Assembly: GCF_001194135.2 (NCBI RefSeq)
Contig: NC_069002.1
Location: forward strand, 36,600,433-36,654,544
DNA length: 54,112 bases
Reading direction: 5' to 3'
From: Octopus bimaculoides
Taxonomy: Eukaryota
The position numbers and the translations under genes were made by a program. The notes below the pieces were generated by a model. That model was given only the letters and a program-made list of their open reading frames with translations, had not been told where the DNA came from and did not search any database. This document shows positions 12,364 through 24,995 of this stretch, one piece after another; position 1 is the stretch's first letter; each line of letters opens with the position of its first letter.

Positions 12364-12584
12364 CTTTTATTCATTTACTTCCAGTCGTTAAACTGTGGCC
12401 ATGCTACCGCATGTTAACAATTGTTAAATAGAGTATAACCTCTTACATAATTCTCTCTATTGGGGTTTCACCATTGCTAAATCTGGCTCCACGTACGAGC
12501 CCGGGGCAATAGATTTGTTTCAAACCAGCACTGCTAAGCTGTTGTTGTTGTTGTTGTGGCTGCTATTGTTTTTTTTGTTTTTGT

Positions 12585-12786
12585 TTTTTACTTGTTTCAG
12601 TCATTACACTGCGGCCATGCTGGGGCACCGCTTTAAGGAATTTACAGTCGAATAAATCGACCCCAGTACTTTTTTAAGCCTGATACTTATTGTATCAGTC
12701 TGTTTTGCCGAAATGCCAAGTTACGAGGACGCAACTTGTCAAGCGGTTGTAGAGCGGTAGTGGGGGTAAAAACGACACACACACAC
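12585..12786 (-). mobile_element. SINE family A, 3' portion
   Basis: Colinear with 12021-12200. Confidence 0.8.
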
Positions 12787-13252
12787 GTTGCTATTGTAGA
12801 TGTTTCTAGACTATTTTTGCCGTTGCTGTTATTGAAGCTGTTGCTTTTGTTGCTATTTAACCCCAGTCATCTTGATCAAGCAGACTAATCAAAGGTATTT
12901 CAATCCGAACAACACTGTCAATTTTCTTCGTAGTGGTGGACGGGTTACACACAACATTAATAAATGTGTACATTTTATGTAAAGACGGTACGACGAGACT
13001 TGGGCATAATTTCACTGCTATTTCTAGCAGATCAAGTACCGCTTGGAAACCTCCTCATTGACATCAGTTCCCATGTAAAAGAAATATCGATCATTTAGAG
13101 GGCAAATATCTGGACAAAATGCCTTTAAGGTTACATTAACTCTAAAATAATCCGATTTCATTTCTCAAAAAGAAAAGCGGACAGAAACGAAGACATTTTT
13201 CAAAATTCGGTGCCTCGTTTACATTAACTCAACCTCTTATATATATATATAT

Positions 13253-14009
13253 NNNNNNNNNNNNNNNNNNNNNNNNNNNNNNNNNNNNNNNNNNNNNNNN
13301 NNNNNNNNNNNNNNNNNNNNNNNNNNNNNNNNNNNNNNNNNNNNNNNNNNNNNNNNNNNNNNNNNNNNNNNNNNNNNNNNNNNNNNNNNNNNNNNNNNNN
13401 NNNNNNNNNNNNNNNNNNNNNNNNNNNNNNNNNNNNNNNNNNNNNNNNNNNNNNNNNNNNNNNNNNNNNNNNNNNNNNNNNNNNNNNNNNNNNNNNNNNN
13501 NNNNNNNNNNNNNNNNNNNNNNNNNNNNNNNNNNNNNNNNNNNNNNNNNNNNNNNNNNNNNNNNNNNNNNNNNNNNNNNNNNNNNNNNNNNNNNNNNNNN
13601 NNNNNNNNNNNNNNNNNNNNNNNNNNNNNNNNNNNNNNNNNNNNNNNNNNNNNNNNNNNNNNNNNNNNNNNNNNNNNNNNNNNNNNNNNNNNNNNNNNNN
13701 NNNNNNNNNNNNNNNNNNNNNNNNNNNNNNNNNNNNNNNNNNNNNNNNNNNNNNNNNNNNNNNNNNNNNNNNNNNNNNNNNNNNNNNNNNNNNNNNNNNN
13801 NNNNNNNNNNNNNNNNNNNNNNNNNNNNNNNNNNNNNNNNNNNNNNNNNNNNNNNNNNNNNNNNNNNNNNNNNNNNNNNNNNNNNNNNNNNNNNNNNNNN
13901 NNNNNNNNNNNNNNNNNNNNNNNNNNNNNNNNNNNNNNNNNNNNNNNNNNNNNNNNNNNNNNNNNNNNNNNNNNNNNNNNNNNNNNNNNNNNNNNNNNNN
14001 NNNNNNNNN
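13253..14009. other. Assembly gap (N run); further gaps at 14744-15050, 17027-17247, 18104-19001, 25012-25562 and short ones elsewhere
   Basis: Runs of N, mostly bordered by microsatellites or repeats. Confidence 1.
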
Positions 14010-14014
14010 ATATA

Positions 14015-14160
14015 TGGGAGAATTTACGAGAAAAACAACAGACGAAGACAGGTGGTGTAAACAATAAATGGATGTATTAGTATAACGCTCGGGAATAGAG
14101 AAAGTCTTTGACGTTTCGAGCCTACGCTCTTCAACTGAAAGGAACACAGAAAGAAACAAG
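14015..14160 (-). repeat. Short interspersed repeat with a GAGC-GTAG-GCTC-GAAAC-GTC motif
   Basis: Its reverse complement matches 16890-17026. Confidence 0.75.
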
Positions 14161-14167
14161 GAGAGAG

Positions 14168-14407
14168 AGGTGTAAATCCATTACGGCCGTTTCTAACGAC
14201 TTCTTTTATTGATTAATAAAAACATTACATCATTGTAAAGAAACTATTTTCGTCAGATGACTCCATGAACTTCAAAATCATTTTGAATGTCCTTTATTTG
14301 GAACTTCATGAATTCATCTGACGAAAACGGTTCCTATACAATGTTGTAATGTTTTCATCAATCAATTTAAGGAGTCGTTAGAAACGGCCGTAATGGACTC
14401 ATACCTG
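14168..14407. mobile_element. Foldback/MITE with ~105-bp inverted arms
   Basis: TCCATTACGGCCGTTTCTAACGACT pairs with AGTCGTTAGAAACGGCCGTAATGGA. The arms stay in register (position sum 28574) to ~14273/14301. The right end CCTG|TA is Tc1/mariner-like. Confidence 0.8.
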
Positions 14408-14675
14408 TAACTCTACTGTTACTCATATTTTATCCACCTGTCTCAGAATCCATCCTTCATAAATATTATGGACCGTATATTTAATATAATGTTCATGTCT
14501 GAACAGCTCAAGATTTCTTCACTCAGCTGAGTCTAATTGTCAACATACGTTGCAAGAATATCATTCGTCCGGTACTTATGTACCAACTTAGATATTTACA
14601 TAATATTGTTGTGTGTGTATATTCTTCTGACATAACGAGATGCCTCAATTTAAGTACCTAATTCGACTGAATCTA

Positions 14676-14743
<68 letters not shown>

Positions 14744-15089
14744 NNNNNNNNNNNNNNNNNNNNNNNNNNNNNNNNNNNNNNNNNNNNNNNNNNNNNNNNN
14801 NNNNNNNNNNNNNNNNNNNNNNNNNNNNNNNNNNNNNNNNNNNNNNNNNNNNNNNNNNNNNNNNNNNNNNNNNNNNNNNNNNNNNNNNNNNNNNNNNNNN
14901 NNNNNNNNNNNNNNNNNNNNNNNNNNNNNNNNNNNNNNNNNNNNNNNNNNNNNNNNNNNNNNNNNNNNNNNNNNNNNNNNNNNNNNNNNNNNNNNNNNNN
15001 NNNNNNNNNNNNNNNNNNNNNNNNNNNNNNNNNNNNNNNNNNNNNNNNNNATATATATATATATATATATATACATATTCTTTTATTCT

Positions 15090-15255
15090 TTTGCTTGTTT
15101 CATTCATTTGACGGGAGCCATGCTGGAGCATCGCCTTTAGTCGAACAAATCGACCCCAGGATTTATTCTTTGTAAGCCTAGTGATTATCTTGTCCGAATC
15201 TCTTTGGTCGAACCGCTAAGTTACGGAGAGTAAACACACCAACATCGGTTGTCAC
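15090..15255 (-). mobile_element. SINE family A, 3' portion
   Basis: Colinear with 12021-12190. Confidence 0.8.
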
Positions 15256-15539
15256 GTATTCAGAATGAGGTCAATGAACAAAACTGGTCGACTAGTCTCT
15301 TTACGCGAGATATTGACATAAAACTACGGAACTTTATGACAATCATGCATGACATATGCAGTAAATGAATGTCAAATCAACAAAGTTCCTGAATGTCAAA
15401 CCAACAAAAAAAAAAAACATAACTCCCAGAGATAGGAAGATTCTAATGTAACGACGAGCAAAGATTTCAAACTGTCAAAGTAGACCACTAAAGGAAAGCG
15501 TAAAATCCTGTCACAAACATATACTGCTTGGGATTGAAA

Positions 15540-16820
15540 GTGAACTCAAACACTCCCTTGAAAAGGAGAGAGCAAAGAAAAAACTCAGGATTGTAAAGAA
15601 GGTAAACCCTAAAACTTTCTATAGACTTGCAGATCTGCTTCAGTACGGTACAAGTTAAGGCCGCTGTGCGAAGAAAATAGCTCACCGACTACAGTCCCCC
15701 AGCGGATAAGTGAATGTGTCACACAAAAGTGTTTTCCCAACTCTGTTGGGAGTTGATTAAAGGAATTCAAGTAAAGCACGATATGTCTTAGCCACAAAGG
15801 AAGTGACAGAGCAGATGCTAAAAATTATAGGCCTGTCTCTCTAACCTCACGTGTATCAACGTCATGGAATACATTGTCTGGAAGAAGCTGATCACGTTCC
15901 TAGAAGATAATTTCTTGCTCCCTGACATTGAGCATGGCTTCCACTCAGGAAGAAGCTGTCTTGTACAGCTTCGGCAGCATTATGACTGTATTGGAACAAC
16001 TAATAAATCGCTCAAACGTGGATGTTAGACACTTCGATTTTGCGAATGCTTTTGATAAGGTTGATCATGGGATGATACGCCACAAGTTACGGAGACTCGG
16101 GAGAGTTGTTACATGACTTCTTAAAAGAGAAAAGTCAGGCTGTAGCTGCCAACAGGCCCTCTCCAGGGAGATAATAATAGCGGGTGGAGTGCCTCAGAAA
16201 ATTGTCTTGGGGTCGCTGTGGTCCATGGTGGCTCTATCGGATATGCCCTCATTTACAGACAGCCACACTCACTAGTGTGCCGATGACACAAAAGTAGTAG
16301 AAGCAGCCAAGGAACCTCTCGATGCTAATCTTCTAGAGAAAGACCTAGATGCCATATATGAACGGACTGAAAAAAAAAAACATGCAACTTAATGCAGGAA
16401 AATTTCACCCCCACCCCCCCGCTAACACGCTGCAGCAAGGATACTTTGAACCAAAAGGAGTGGCAATTCCAGGGTCAAGTACAACAACGCCTTGCTTCAT
16501 GTGCCTATCAGTAAGATAGTAGCAATGAGCACGCAAATGGTTAGATTGATTCTGAGAACTTCCAGAACAAGGGACCAGGAAACTGCACTCGGTCTACGGA
16601 GAACATTTGTCCTCACCTGTGTGGTCTACTGACCTCAACTGTGGTCACTGCACAGTGTAAAATTAACAGCTGAACTTTAGGCAGCTTAGTGGTGCTACGC
16701 CCGGAAGATTGCAGAAATGGAACAACTGAGCTACTGGGGGAGACTAAAAGAACTACGGCTCAACTCTCTGAGCGAAGACAGAAAATATATGCAGTGATAT
16801 ATGGGAGACCCTGGAGGGGT
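15540..16820 (+). mobile_element. Decayed CR1-clade LINE reverse transcriptase (ORF2)
   Basis: Across broken frames: NYRPVSLTS, HGFHSGRSCL, FDFANAFDKVDH, GVPQ, ADDTKV, ILRTSRTRD, LSYWGRLKELRL. Multiple stops and frameshifts. Confidence 0.85.
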
Positions 16821-16889
16821 TGGCACCAAAAGACTGGCCATTGAAAAGGTGATAACAGTGGCGGTGCTCCAGCATGACGACAGCATTTG

Positions 16890-17026
16890 GGCTTTCCTCT
16901 CAATCTTTTCTGTCGAAGAGCGTAGGCTCAAAACGTCAAAGACTTTTCCATTCTTCCTGAGCGTTACACCTGCTTGTTGTTCCCTCACCTGTCTTCGTCT
17001 TTTGTTTTTTCTGTAAATTTGCACTA
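16890..17026 (+). repeat. Second copy of the short repeat with the hammerhead-like motif
   Basis: TGTCGAAGAGCGTAGGCTCAAAACGTCAAAGACTTTT...CACCTGTCTTCGTC matches the reverse complement of 14015-14160. Confidence 0.75.
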
Positions 17027-17429
17027 NNNNNNNNNNNNNNNNNNNNNNNNNNNNNNNNNNNNNNNNNNNNNNNNNNNNNNNNNNNNNNNNNNNNNNNNNN
17101 NNNNNNNNNNNNNNNNNNNNNNNNNNNNNNNNNNNNNNNNNNNNNNNNNNNNNNNNNNNNNNNNNNNNNNNNNNNNNNNNNNNNNNNNNNNNNNNNNNNN
17201 NNNNNNNNNNNNNNNNNNNNNNNNNNNNNNNNNNNNNNNNNNNNNNNCGAAGTCTTCAAAAAAATAAATCCAAGATAATAAAACAAAGTTTCTTCTGCCT
17301 TTTATATGAATCGAAAAGGGAATGTTATTTTGTTTTGTTTAGAAGAGAAGAAATTTTGGGATGTTTTTTGGGGGGGTGGGGGTGAGTAAAGGAGAAAGAA
17401 AGGAAGATCAGAAGGATATTCTTCCTATC

Positions 17430-17646
17430 TTCCTCGACTGTCGCAGGTGTTACGTTCCAAAACACCCCGCCACAGGTGAAAATCTGTGAAGTAGAAACAG
17501 TACTGTACTGTATATTTTTTGTATTATTTTTATAATTTGTATATATTTATTTTATTATACATGCAAAACTACACCACGGTGGAAGTGACGTAAGCTTAAA
17601 TGATAAACCGCGATTGGTGAACCTCAATATGGCGTGGGATTACTGT
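17430..17646. mobile_element. Tc1/pogo-type MITE with degraded left terminus
   Basis: The right end is GGGATTACTG|TA. The left end CTCGACTGTCGCAGG partly mirrors it. The same right end occurs at 9115-9186. Confidence 0.55.
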
Positions 17647-19001
17647 ATGTAGTGGCTGAGTATCCCGTCCTTGCCAGGTAATTTTCACAATTGAATGCCT
17701 TGGCAGACATTCGGAATAGCATACCCACATAAGTTGTATTTTCTCCGTTTTAACGGTGAGTTTTCAAATATTTTTTTATCTCCACACCCTTGCAAATGAT
17801 GGGAGAAGCTTTTTTGATGAAAAACTGTTTTGAAAATTTATGAACCCCGCTTCCCTTTTCCGGACCGATTTTTTTCTTTTTTGTCTTTTATTTTTTTTTT
17901 TCTTCGTTTTCTCGGTAGAAAAATGTTTTTTGAAAATATATTTTTTCAGACACTCCTCCTCCACTCAGTACCGATTTTGGCCTTTTGCTTTTGGAAATCG
18001 GCGATCATCATCACAATCCCCACTTCCTTTATTTTCAGAGAGAAAACGAAACTTAATTTAAAAACAATAGTGAAACCTTTTTTTAATTTTTTTCATTAAT
18101 CCCNNNNNNNNNNNNNNNNNNNNNNNNNNNNNNNNNNNNNNNNNNNNNNNNNNNNNNNNNNNNNNNNNNNNNNNNNNNNNNNNNNNNNNNNNNNNNNNNN
18201 NNNNNNNNNNNNNNNNNNNNNNNNNNNNNNNNNNNNNNNNNNNNNNNNNNNNNNNNNNNNNNNNNNNNNNNNNNNNNNNNNNNNNNNNNNNNNNNNNNNN
18301 NNNNNNNNNNNNNNNNNNNNNNNNNNNNNNNNNNNNNNNNNNNNNNNNNNNNNNNNNNNNNNNNNNNNNNNNNNNNNNNNNNNNNNNNNNNNNNNNNNNN
18401 NNNNNNNNNNNNNNNNNNNNNNNNNNNNNNNNNNNNNNNNNNNNNNNNNNNNNNNNNNNNNNNNNNNNNNNNNNNNNNNNNNNNNNNNNNNNNNNNNNNN
18501 NNNNNNNNNNNNNNNNNNNNNNNNNNNNNNNNNNNNNNNNNNNNNNNNNNNNNNNNNNNNNNNNNNNNNNNNNNNNNNNNNNNNNNNNNNNNNNNNNNNN
18601 NNNNNNNNNNNNNNNNNNNNNNNNNNNNNNNNNNNNNNNNNNNNNNNNNNNNNNNNNNNNNNNNNNNNNNNNNNNNNNNNNNNNNNNNNNNNNNNNNNNN
18701 NNNNNNNNNNNNNNNNNNNNNNNNNNNNNNNNNNNNNNNNNNNNNNNNNNNNNNNNNNNNNNNNNNNNNNNNNNNNNNNNNNNNNNNNNNNNNNNNNNNN
18801 NNNNNNNNNNNNNNNNNNNNNNNNNNNNNNNNNNNNNNNNNNNNNNNNNNNNNNNNNNNNNNNNNNNNNNNNNNNNNNNNNNNNNNNNNNNNNNNNNNNN
18901 NNNNNNNNNNNNNNNNNNNNNNNNNNNNNNNNNNNNNNNNNNNNNNNNNNNNNNNNNNNNNNNNNNNNNNNNNNNNNNNNNNNNNNNNNNNNNNNNNNNN
19001 N

Positions 19002-19251
19002 GGGGGGGCGAACCCTGCTGTACTCTTTCATCACAACTTTCTCTCGCTCTTACTTCCTGTTTCTGTTGTGCCTGTATTTCGAAGGGACCAACCTTGTCAC
19101 ACTGTGTCACGCTGAATATCCCCGAGAACTACGTTAAGGGTACACGTGTCTGTGGAGTGCTCAGCCACTTGCACGTTAATTTCACGAGCAGGCTGTTCCG
19201 TTGATCGGATCAACTGGAACCCTCGGCGTCGTAAGCGACGGAGTGCCAACA
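19002..19251 (+). mobile_element. SINE family C1, 3' half (5' part lost in the gap)
   Basis: High identity to 10680-10922. Confidence 0.88.
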
Positions 19252-19629
19252 TTCCAGGAAAATTTCAGAAAAATGTTACAGAGGTTTAAAGTTTGATCAT
19301 TTTTTACACAATTAGCAAACAGGATTTGTGCACAATCGATGTGATCAAATGAAAGCAAACATTAGAAGATGAAGTGAGAGATAATACAGAGAGAGAGAGA
19401 GAGAGAGAGAGTAAGTGAGTGAATGATAAAGCGTGTGGTAAATAATAGAGAGAGAGAAATTGATGGTGACAGTAGCAATTTTGTAGATCTAAAAGTTGAG
19501 TTATTTCTTGTAGTAAATTATATATTTTTTAATATTATTTCCGGGCGACCTTATCTTTGGGACACTGTTGTGTGGATGTCCCCCTCCCCCTCTGTGTTGT
19601 GGCCGTAAGTGCCGAATAAAGAAAAAATG

Positions 19630-21475
19630 TTGACTAGCAGTTTTGGAATTTGGGTTGAGTTGTCGATAACGAAGAGTTTACGAAGTGAGTTGCAACGTTG
19701 AATATTTTTTGTTGAAAAATTGATTGTTAATTTTTGCTGTTGATTGTTGACATTGTTCGTTGGTTTTTCTCTCTTCCCATTGTGGGAAAATGGAGAAAGC
19801 GCCGGTGGGTGGCCTGAGTTATGCGGCCGCAACTGAAAGATGAATAGAGGAAGGAAAACTGGAAACAATTGAAATGAAGGTGGAACCGAAGAAAATGAAA
19901 GAATGTGAGAGGTTGCTGGCGAAAGTTGACACCACCTGCGGAGCTGATAAGCGGAGTAAGAAAAAGAACTGTGGTATTTAAAACCATGAAAATCGCAATA
20001 AGAAAGATAGAGCTCGCGACAGTGGAGGAGATTGAGGAATGCCTGAAAAGTATCAGGAAACAAACAAAATTTGTAACAAGAGGAAAAATGTATGCCACCG
20101 TGGAGGTACGCTTTGGAATAGAAGTAGAAGCAATTAAGAACTCCACGTAGGCTATACGATCGGAAGAATGGGTGCTGTTGCCGTCGTACTGTAGCAAACG
20201 TGTGGCCAGAGTGCGAGTAGGCAAAGTACCCCCAGAGCTAGAAGAAACATGGCTGATGACAGCAATAATGTTCAATACGAAGGAAGAGGCCAAGATATTG
20301 AAAGCCACAAGAACACAAAGTGTTGATTACTGGGGATATGGAATTGAACTCACTATCCAGGCAACAGTGGAAGATTTAAATAGAATCGATGAGGAGATAG
20401 TGCTGCCCGACGACCTAAGATTGAGAGTGAAAGTGGAGAGCAGGCCGCCTATATGTTTTGCATGTGGTGAGAAAGGCCACATGAAGGCGAGATGCCCACA
20501 GAGAGAACCGACAGGTAGTACAGGTAGAGATGGAAGAAAATACAACGGAGGAGGGATTCACGGTAGTTGAAAGAAAAAGGAGAAGTGGAAGAACGAACTC
20601 GCCACCAGAGAACCAGAAAAAGAAGAAAGAAGAGGTGGAAAAGAAAGCTGTGACCAGAAGGAAGACAGACGAAGAGGTGATGGAGAAAGAAAGAGAGAAG
20701 GCAATTAAAAAGGTGGATTTACAGAAGGAGGAAACAGTGCTAATGACGCCGGTTGTCCCAGCGAAGGAAAAAGATTCGGGAGTGCAACTGTGCAAGGGTG
20801 AAATAGAGAAATTGTTTGGAGTTGAAGAGGGAAAGACACCACTAGTGGAAGAAGAAAAGAAAAAAACAAGAAGAGGAAAAAACAAATGGAATTTTGTGAC
20901 ATATTCAAAGAACAAGGAAGGAGACGGAGAAAAAAATTGTAAAATTTAATTATAAGAGTAAAGTTACCCACAGATGTCTACTCTGAAAATGTGAAGGCCA
21001 TTGTAGTCGATAAGGACACATACAGAAAGCTAAAAGACATGTGCAGAGAAAAAATTGACCTGCCCGGAGTAGCGGTGGAGTTCGACAAGCTGCCACCAGT
21101 AATCGAACTCAAGGACTTGGAGCCTTTTATGAGATATTAAAAAGAAAAAAAAAAGAGTGAAATTGTTCGGAAAAAAAAAGGAACAAAAGAGAAGGAAAAA
21201 AAGTGTTTTGAGTTATAAACAAAAAAGAGAGGAAGAAAACAAATAATTAAGAAAAAACAATAGAAAAAGTGAACGATGGTAAAAAGAAACAGTGTCTATA
21301 AACGTTCAAATGGTACCGCATGGGAATGGGGCCCGTGCAGCCATTTCATTTCTTCATTGTATAACATCTCATTGTCATTCGTTTTATGTTTTATATCCCC
21401 ATTGTAATGTTGTGTCTGTCCTTGTAGTGTCCCCCTCTGTGTTGTGGCCGTAAGTGCCGAATAAAGAAAAAATGT
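19630..21475 (+). mobile_element. L1/Tx1-like element carrying a decayed ORF1 only (~19790-21140)
   Basis: MEKAPVGGLSYAAA start and a CX2CX4HX4C knuckle (CFACGEKGHMKARC). In-frame TAG at 20148-20150 plus frameshifts, with the stop at 21138-21140. An A-rich tract follows, then an AATAAAGAAAAAA end with no ORF2. Confidence 0.7.
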
Positions 21476-21960
21476 GTGGATGCCCCCAGACGATAAGTAG
21501 GCTAGTCCAATACGTATAAATAGTGGATGTGATAGCTAGAGCGGAAGGGTCGAGTAGAGAATTTTTGAGTTGTTGATTTAGTCTGGCGATAACGTTGTTG
21601 TTGAGAGCGGTGAGTTGTTGCAATTTAAATTTTTTGAAACTGTTATTTGTTGGAATTTTGAGATTTGTTAATTATTGTTGACTTTGTTTATTTCGTCCCC
21701 ATTTTGACGTAAAGATATGGAAGCTGGCAGTTACGCCAGCCGACGTTCTGCAATTGAAGGAATTGACGTTAAAGGAAAAAGATTTTAAAAAGTACTAAGG
21801 ATTTTTTTTAAAAGAGGGAGACTGCCTCAGGCTGATACCCCCGGTAGAAGCGATGGAAAGTGCAGAAAGGAAAATAATTTCTTACAGAACTCTGAATGTA
21901 GAAACGAAAAGAGTGGAAGTAGCGGAGGTCGATGCCATTGAGGAATGCCTTACGAACTAA
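21476..21960 (+). mobile_element. 5' fragment of a second, diverged ORF1 element of the same family
   Basis: MEAGSYA start. LIPPVEAMESAERKIISYRTLNVETKRVEVAEVDAIEECL aligns with LTPPAELISGVRKRTVVFKTMKIAIRKIELATVEEIEECL. Confidence 0.68.
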
Positions 21961-22277
21961 AAGCAACATAAGGATAGAGTTCCCCGTTCGCCATTTTCAC
22001 CCATATGGACAGCCAACTGAACTGATCCAAAAGAGATAACCCGCCATTACCAACCCGGATTGTTTATTCCTTGTTTACTAACTGACCGTAATAGAATTCT
22101 ACCTCCACAGTTTGAAGAGCAATATGGCCTTCGCCGTTCGTCTGGTGAGTCGTCCATAGAGCTAAGCGTTTTATGGATACGAAACCATTCGTCACTAGGA
22201 TCGGACATATACTTAACTGTTCTATACTTTAGAATATGCTTCTTTTTCGGATACATGATACCCTGACGATATGTGTT

Positions 22278-22326
<49 letters not shown>

Positions 22327-22699
22327 GCACGCACATTTATACACATGTGCGCGCACGCACTTATACGTGTGTATGTGTATATGTGTGCACGCGTTTGTAT
22401 GTATAAATGTATGTGTATGTATTTTATGTATGTAGTTAGTTACATGATAAGAGCCGACGTACTTTATCTGAAATTGAAATGTTAAAGCTGCAAAAATGTC
22501 GAACCAATACAAATCGCAGTGAACCAAAATAGATTTATCAATATTTTTTTAGTAAATTCTTTCATATCTTATAGAACGAAATAAGTAACACCAGTCACAT
22601 TTGATAAGATACAAACAATGACGTCAGCTTATCTGATAAAATCTGCGCATTCTAACAGAGATATAAATACATATTAAAAGCATCATTGTTATTATTATT

Positions 22700-24577
22700 A
22701 GTTTGGTTTAGCTCAGGTTTGGTCTTATTCCTGGTAGGACTTATCTGGGTAGCGGGCTGCTACCTGTAACCTTAGGCATCCACAAGTTTTCAGCGGTCTT
22801 TCAAGTGCTTAGAACCCTCCTGATAATCCTTGCTGTCCCTAAGAGACAGACTTCCTGTAGGAGTTCTACCGGGTATTTTATTTCAGTCTCCTTCAACCAT
22901 CTGTCTATATCTTTGCTTTCTGATCCCAACGAACCAATTATTATAGGCACGACCTTTACCCCAAATTCTTCCTATTTCAAACTTTAATCGATTGTATTTT
23001 CTTGTTTTACTTCCTCGTTTTTTACGATTCTGCAATCAAACGGACATGACGGCTCGAGAAGTAAGCAGCTTCGCTTTTCCTGATCTATAATCGTTATAGC
23101 AGGCCTATTATTTTTTAACTTCTTGTCCGTTTGAACGGGAAAGTCCCACAAAATCTATTTCTCCGACTCCAGGACTCTTTCGACTCGATGACTCTGCCAA
23201 GTGTTTCCAGCTTCAAATCCCCATTTCTGGTTCAGTTTCCAGTGTATAACTTTTGCAACCTGGTCATGCTTCCATTTCTTATATTCCTCCTGTGCCAAAC
23301 TTCCGGCATTCCGTCACAATGTGTATCACTGCCTCGTTCCAAGTTCCACAGACTCTACATTATCCTAACACATTCTCTCCATATATATTTTTTCTCAACT
23401 TATTTGTTTTTATCGCTTGATCTTGGATTGCAACAGTTTAGGCTCTCTCTTTCTGTTTGTTTTTTTTTTTTAATTGCACTTTTTTAACCAAGTCCAGGAT
23501 TTTGTTCCGCATGCGTCTTCAGTGACTCTCCAAAATTGTCCATGCAGAGGTTTCTCTTCGATCTGTCTGACGTACTCTCTTTGTATTTCATTCTTCTCCT
23601 TTTCTCCTATTACGCACTCCATCACCTGATCTTTATTAACTGTCTTTAGTAGTTTTTCTCTGCTGCTCTTCAAACACTCTTCGAGACTTTTTCTTTCTAT
23701 CTTTACACATTTTTCTTCAACTGCTATCAAGCCTCTTCCACTCTGATCTCTCCTCAAGTACAACCGGTTGATATCAGCTTTCAGACGGTTGGCTCCATAC
23801 ATCATCAACAACTTCCTAGATTTTCTGTCAAGTTTCTTTATATCGTTTCTGGTCCAGTCTATAATTCCGACCCCTTATCTGATTAAGGATACTTATCTTG
23901 AATCTATTACTTCAATAGGATTTTTGAAATTCAACTTTGGCTGCAAAAATTTTCTAACCCTCCTTGTGTACTTCCTACTGGTAATTTCTTCATTTTTTAT
24001 CTCGTCTGCTTCCAGTTTTCCCAAGTAATTACACCACAGTCCTTTCTCAGCACCTTGGTTACTCATTTGGCATTTCAATTCCCTGATTGCTTCCAAATCT
24101 TTCTCGTTTCATTTTCAATATTCCAAATTCCATAATAACGTTATTTGATAAAATGCGGATAGTATATAGAAGACTCTCAAGTCGTTTCTCATTTTTCGCA
24201 TAAATCGTTATATCACCCATAAAAAGGAGATGATTTATCTAACCATTTCCTTTTCCCAAATTATAAGCAACTTTAACTTTTCGTAGTATCATAGCGAACA
24301 TTATCATGGCCATTACGAATAGTAATGGAGATAAGCTATCACCTTGGAATATCCCATGTCTGATGTTCACTTTTCCGAGTTTTTGTTTTCCTCCGATCAT
24401 TTCAGTATTCCAATGTTTCATACTTTCATTAAGCATTTTCCTGCATCCTTTCTGTTCTTCTGGAAGTAGATTGTTACTTTCCGCCATGACACCGGTCATA
24501 AGCTTCCACATCAGTGGTAAACCGGTTATAAGTAGAAAATTTGATGCCAAGTTCCCATTCAAGGCATCCTTGAGGCA
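22700..24577 (-). mobile_element. R4/Dong-clade non-LTR retrotransposon, decayed RT-to-C-terminus fragment with 3' end
   Basis: [49 protein letters not shown] and VCLLGTARIIRRVLST*. A short 3' UTR ends in TAATAATAA. Confidence 0.8.
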
Positions 24578-24603
24578 TTATTATTATTATTAATAATAAT
24601 AAT

Positions 24604-24995
24604 ATCGTCTTTCAATATAATGTCTGGCCTATTCGCATCTATCTTTCTGTCAGTTTAAACGGCGAAATTCCAGAGGAGTGAGATGTGATCATTTTCAAAC
24701 ACTGGAGGTGGTTTGTGTTCCCATCAGTTTTTATTATGGGGCAGATCCAGGTTTTTTCACATCTCTTAGTCTACAAGTATTTTCTTCCCTGTCTTTAATA
24801 ATCGTGGCTGGTCGATTAGCCTGGATCGTTCTGTCAGGGTTGACTAGAAAATCTCAAAGGAAAGTGATATTTTTACCTTCAGCGACTGGCTCAAGATGAT
24901 GTTCATACCAGTAAGCAGGAGTTCCGATTTTCTAGCGTTTACATATTTTCTAATGTAAATACTATTCTACCCTATCGTGACAATTTTTGTATTCG
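24604..24995 (-). mobile_element. R4/Dong-clade fragments (region preceding the RLE domain)
   Basis: ENDHISLLWNF...TDRKIDANRPDII motif, with nucleotide similarity to 29667-29800. Confidence 0.72.
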
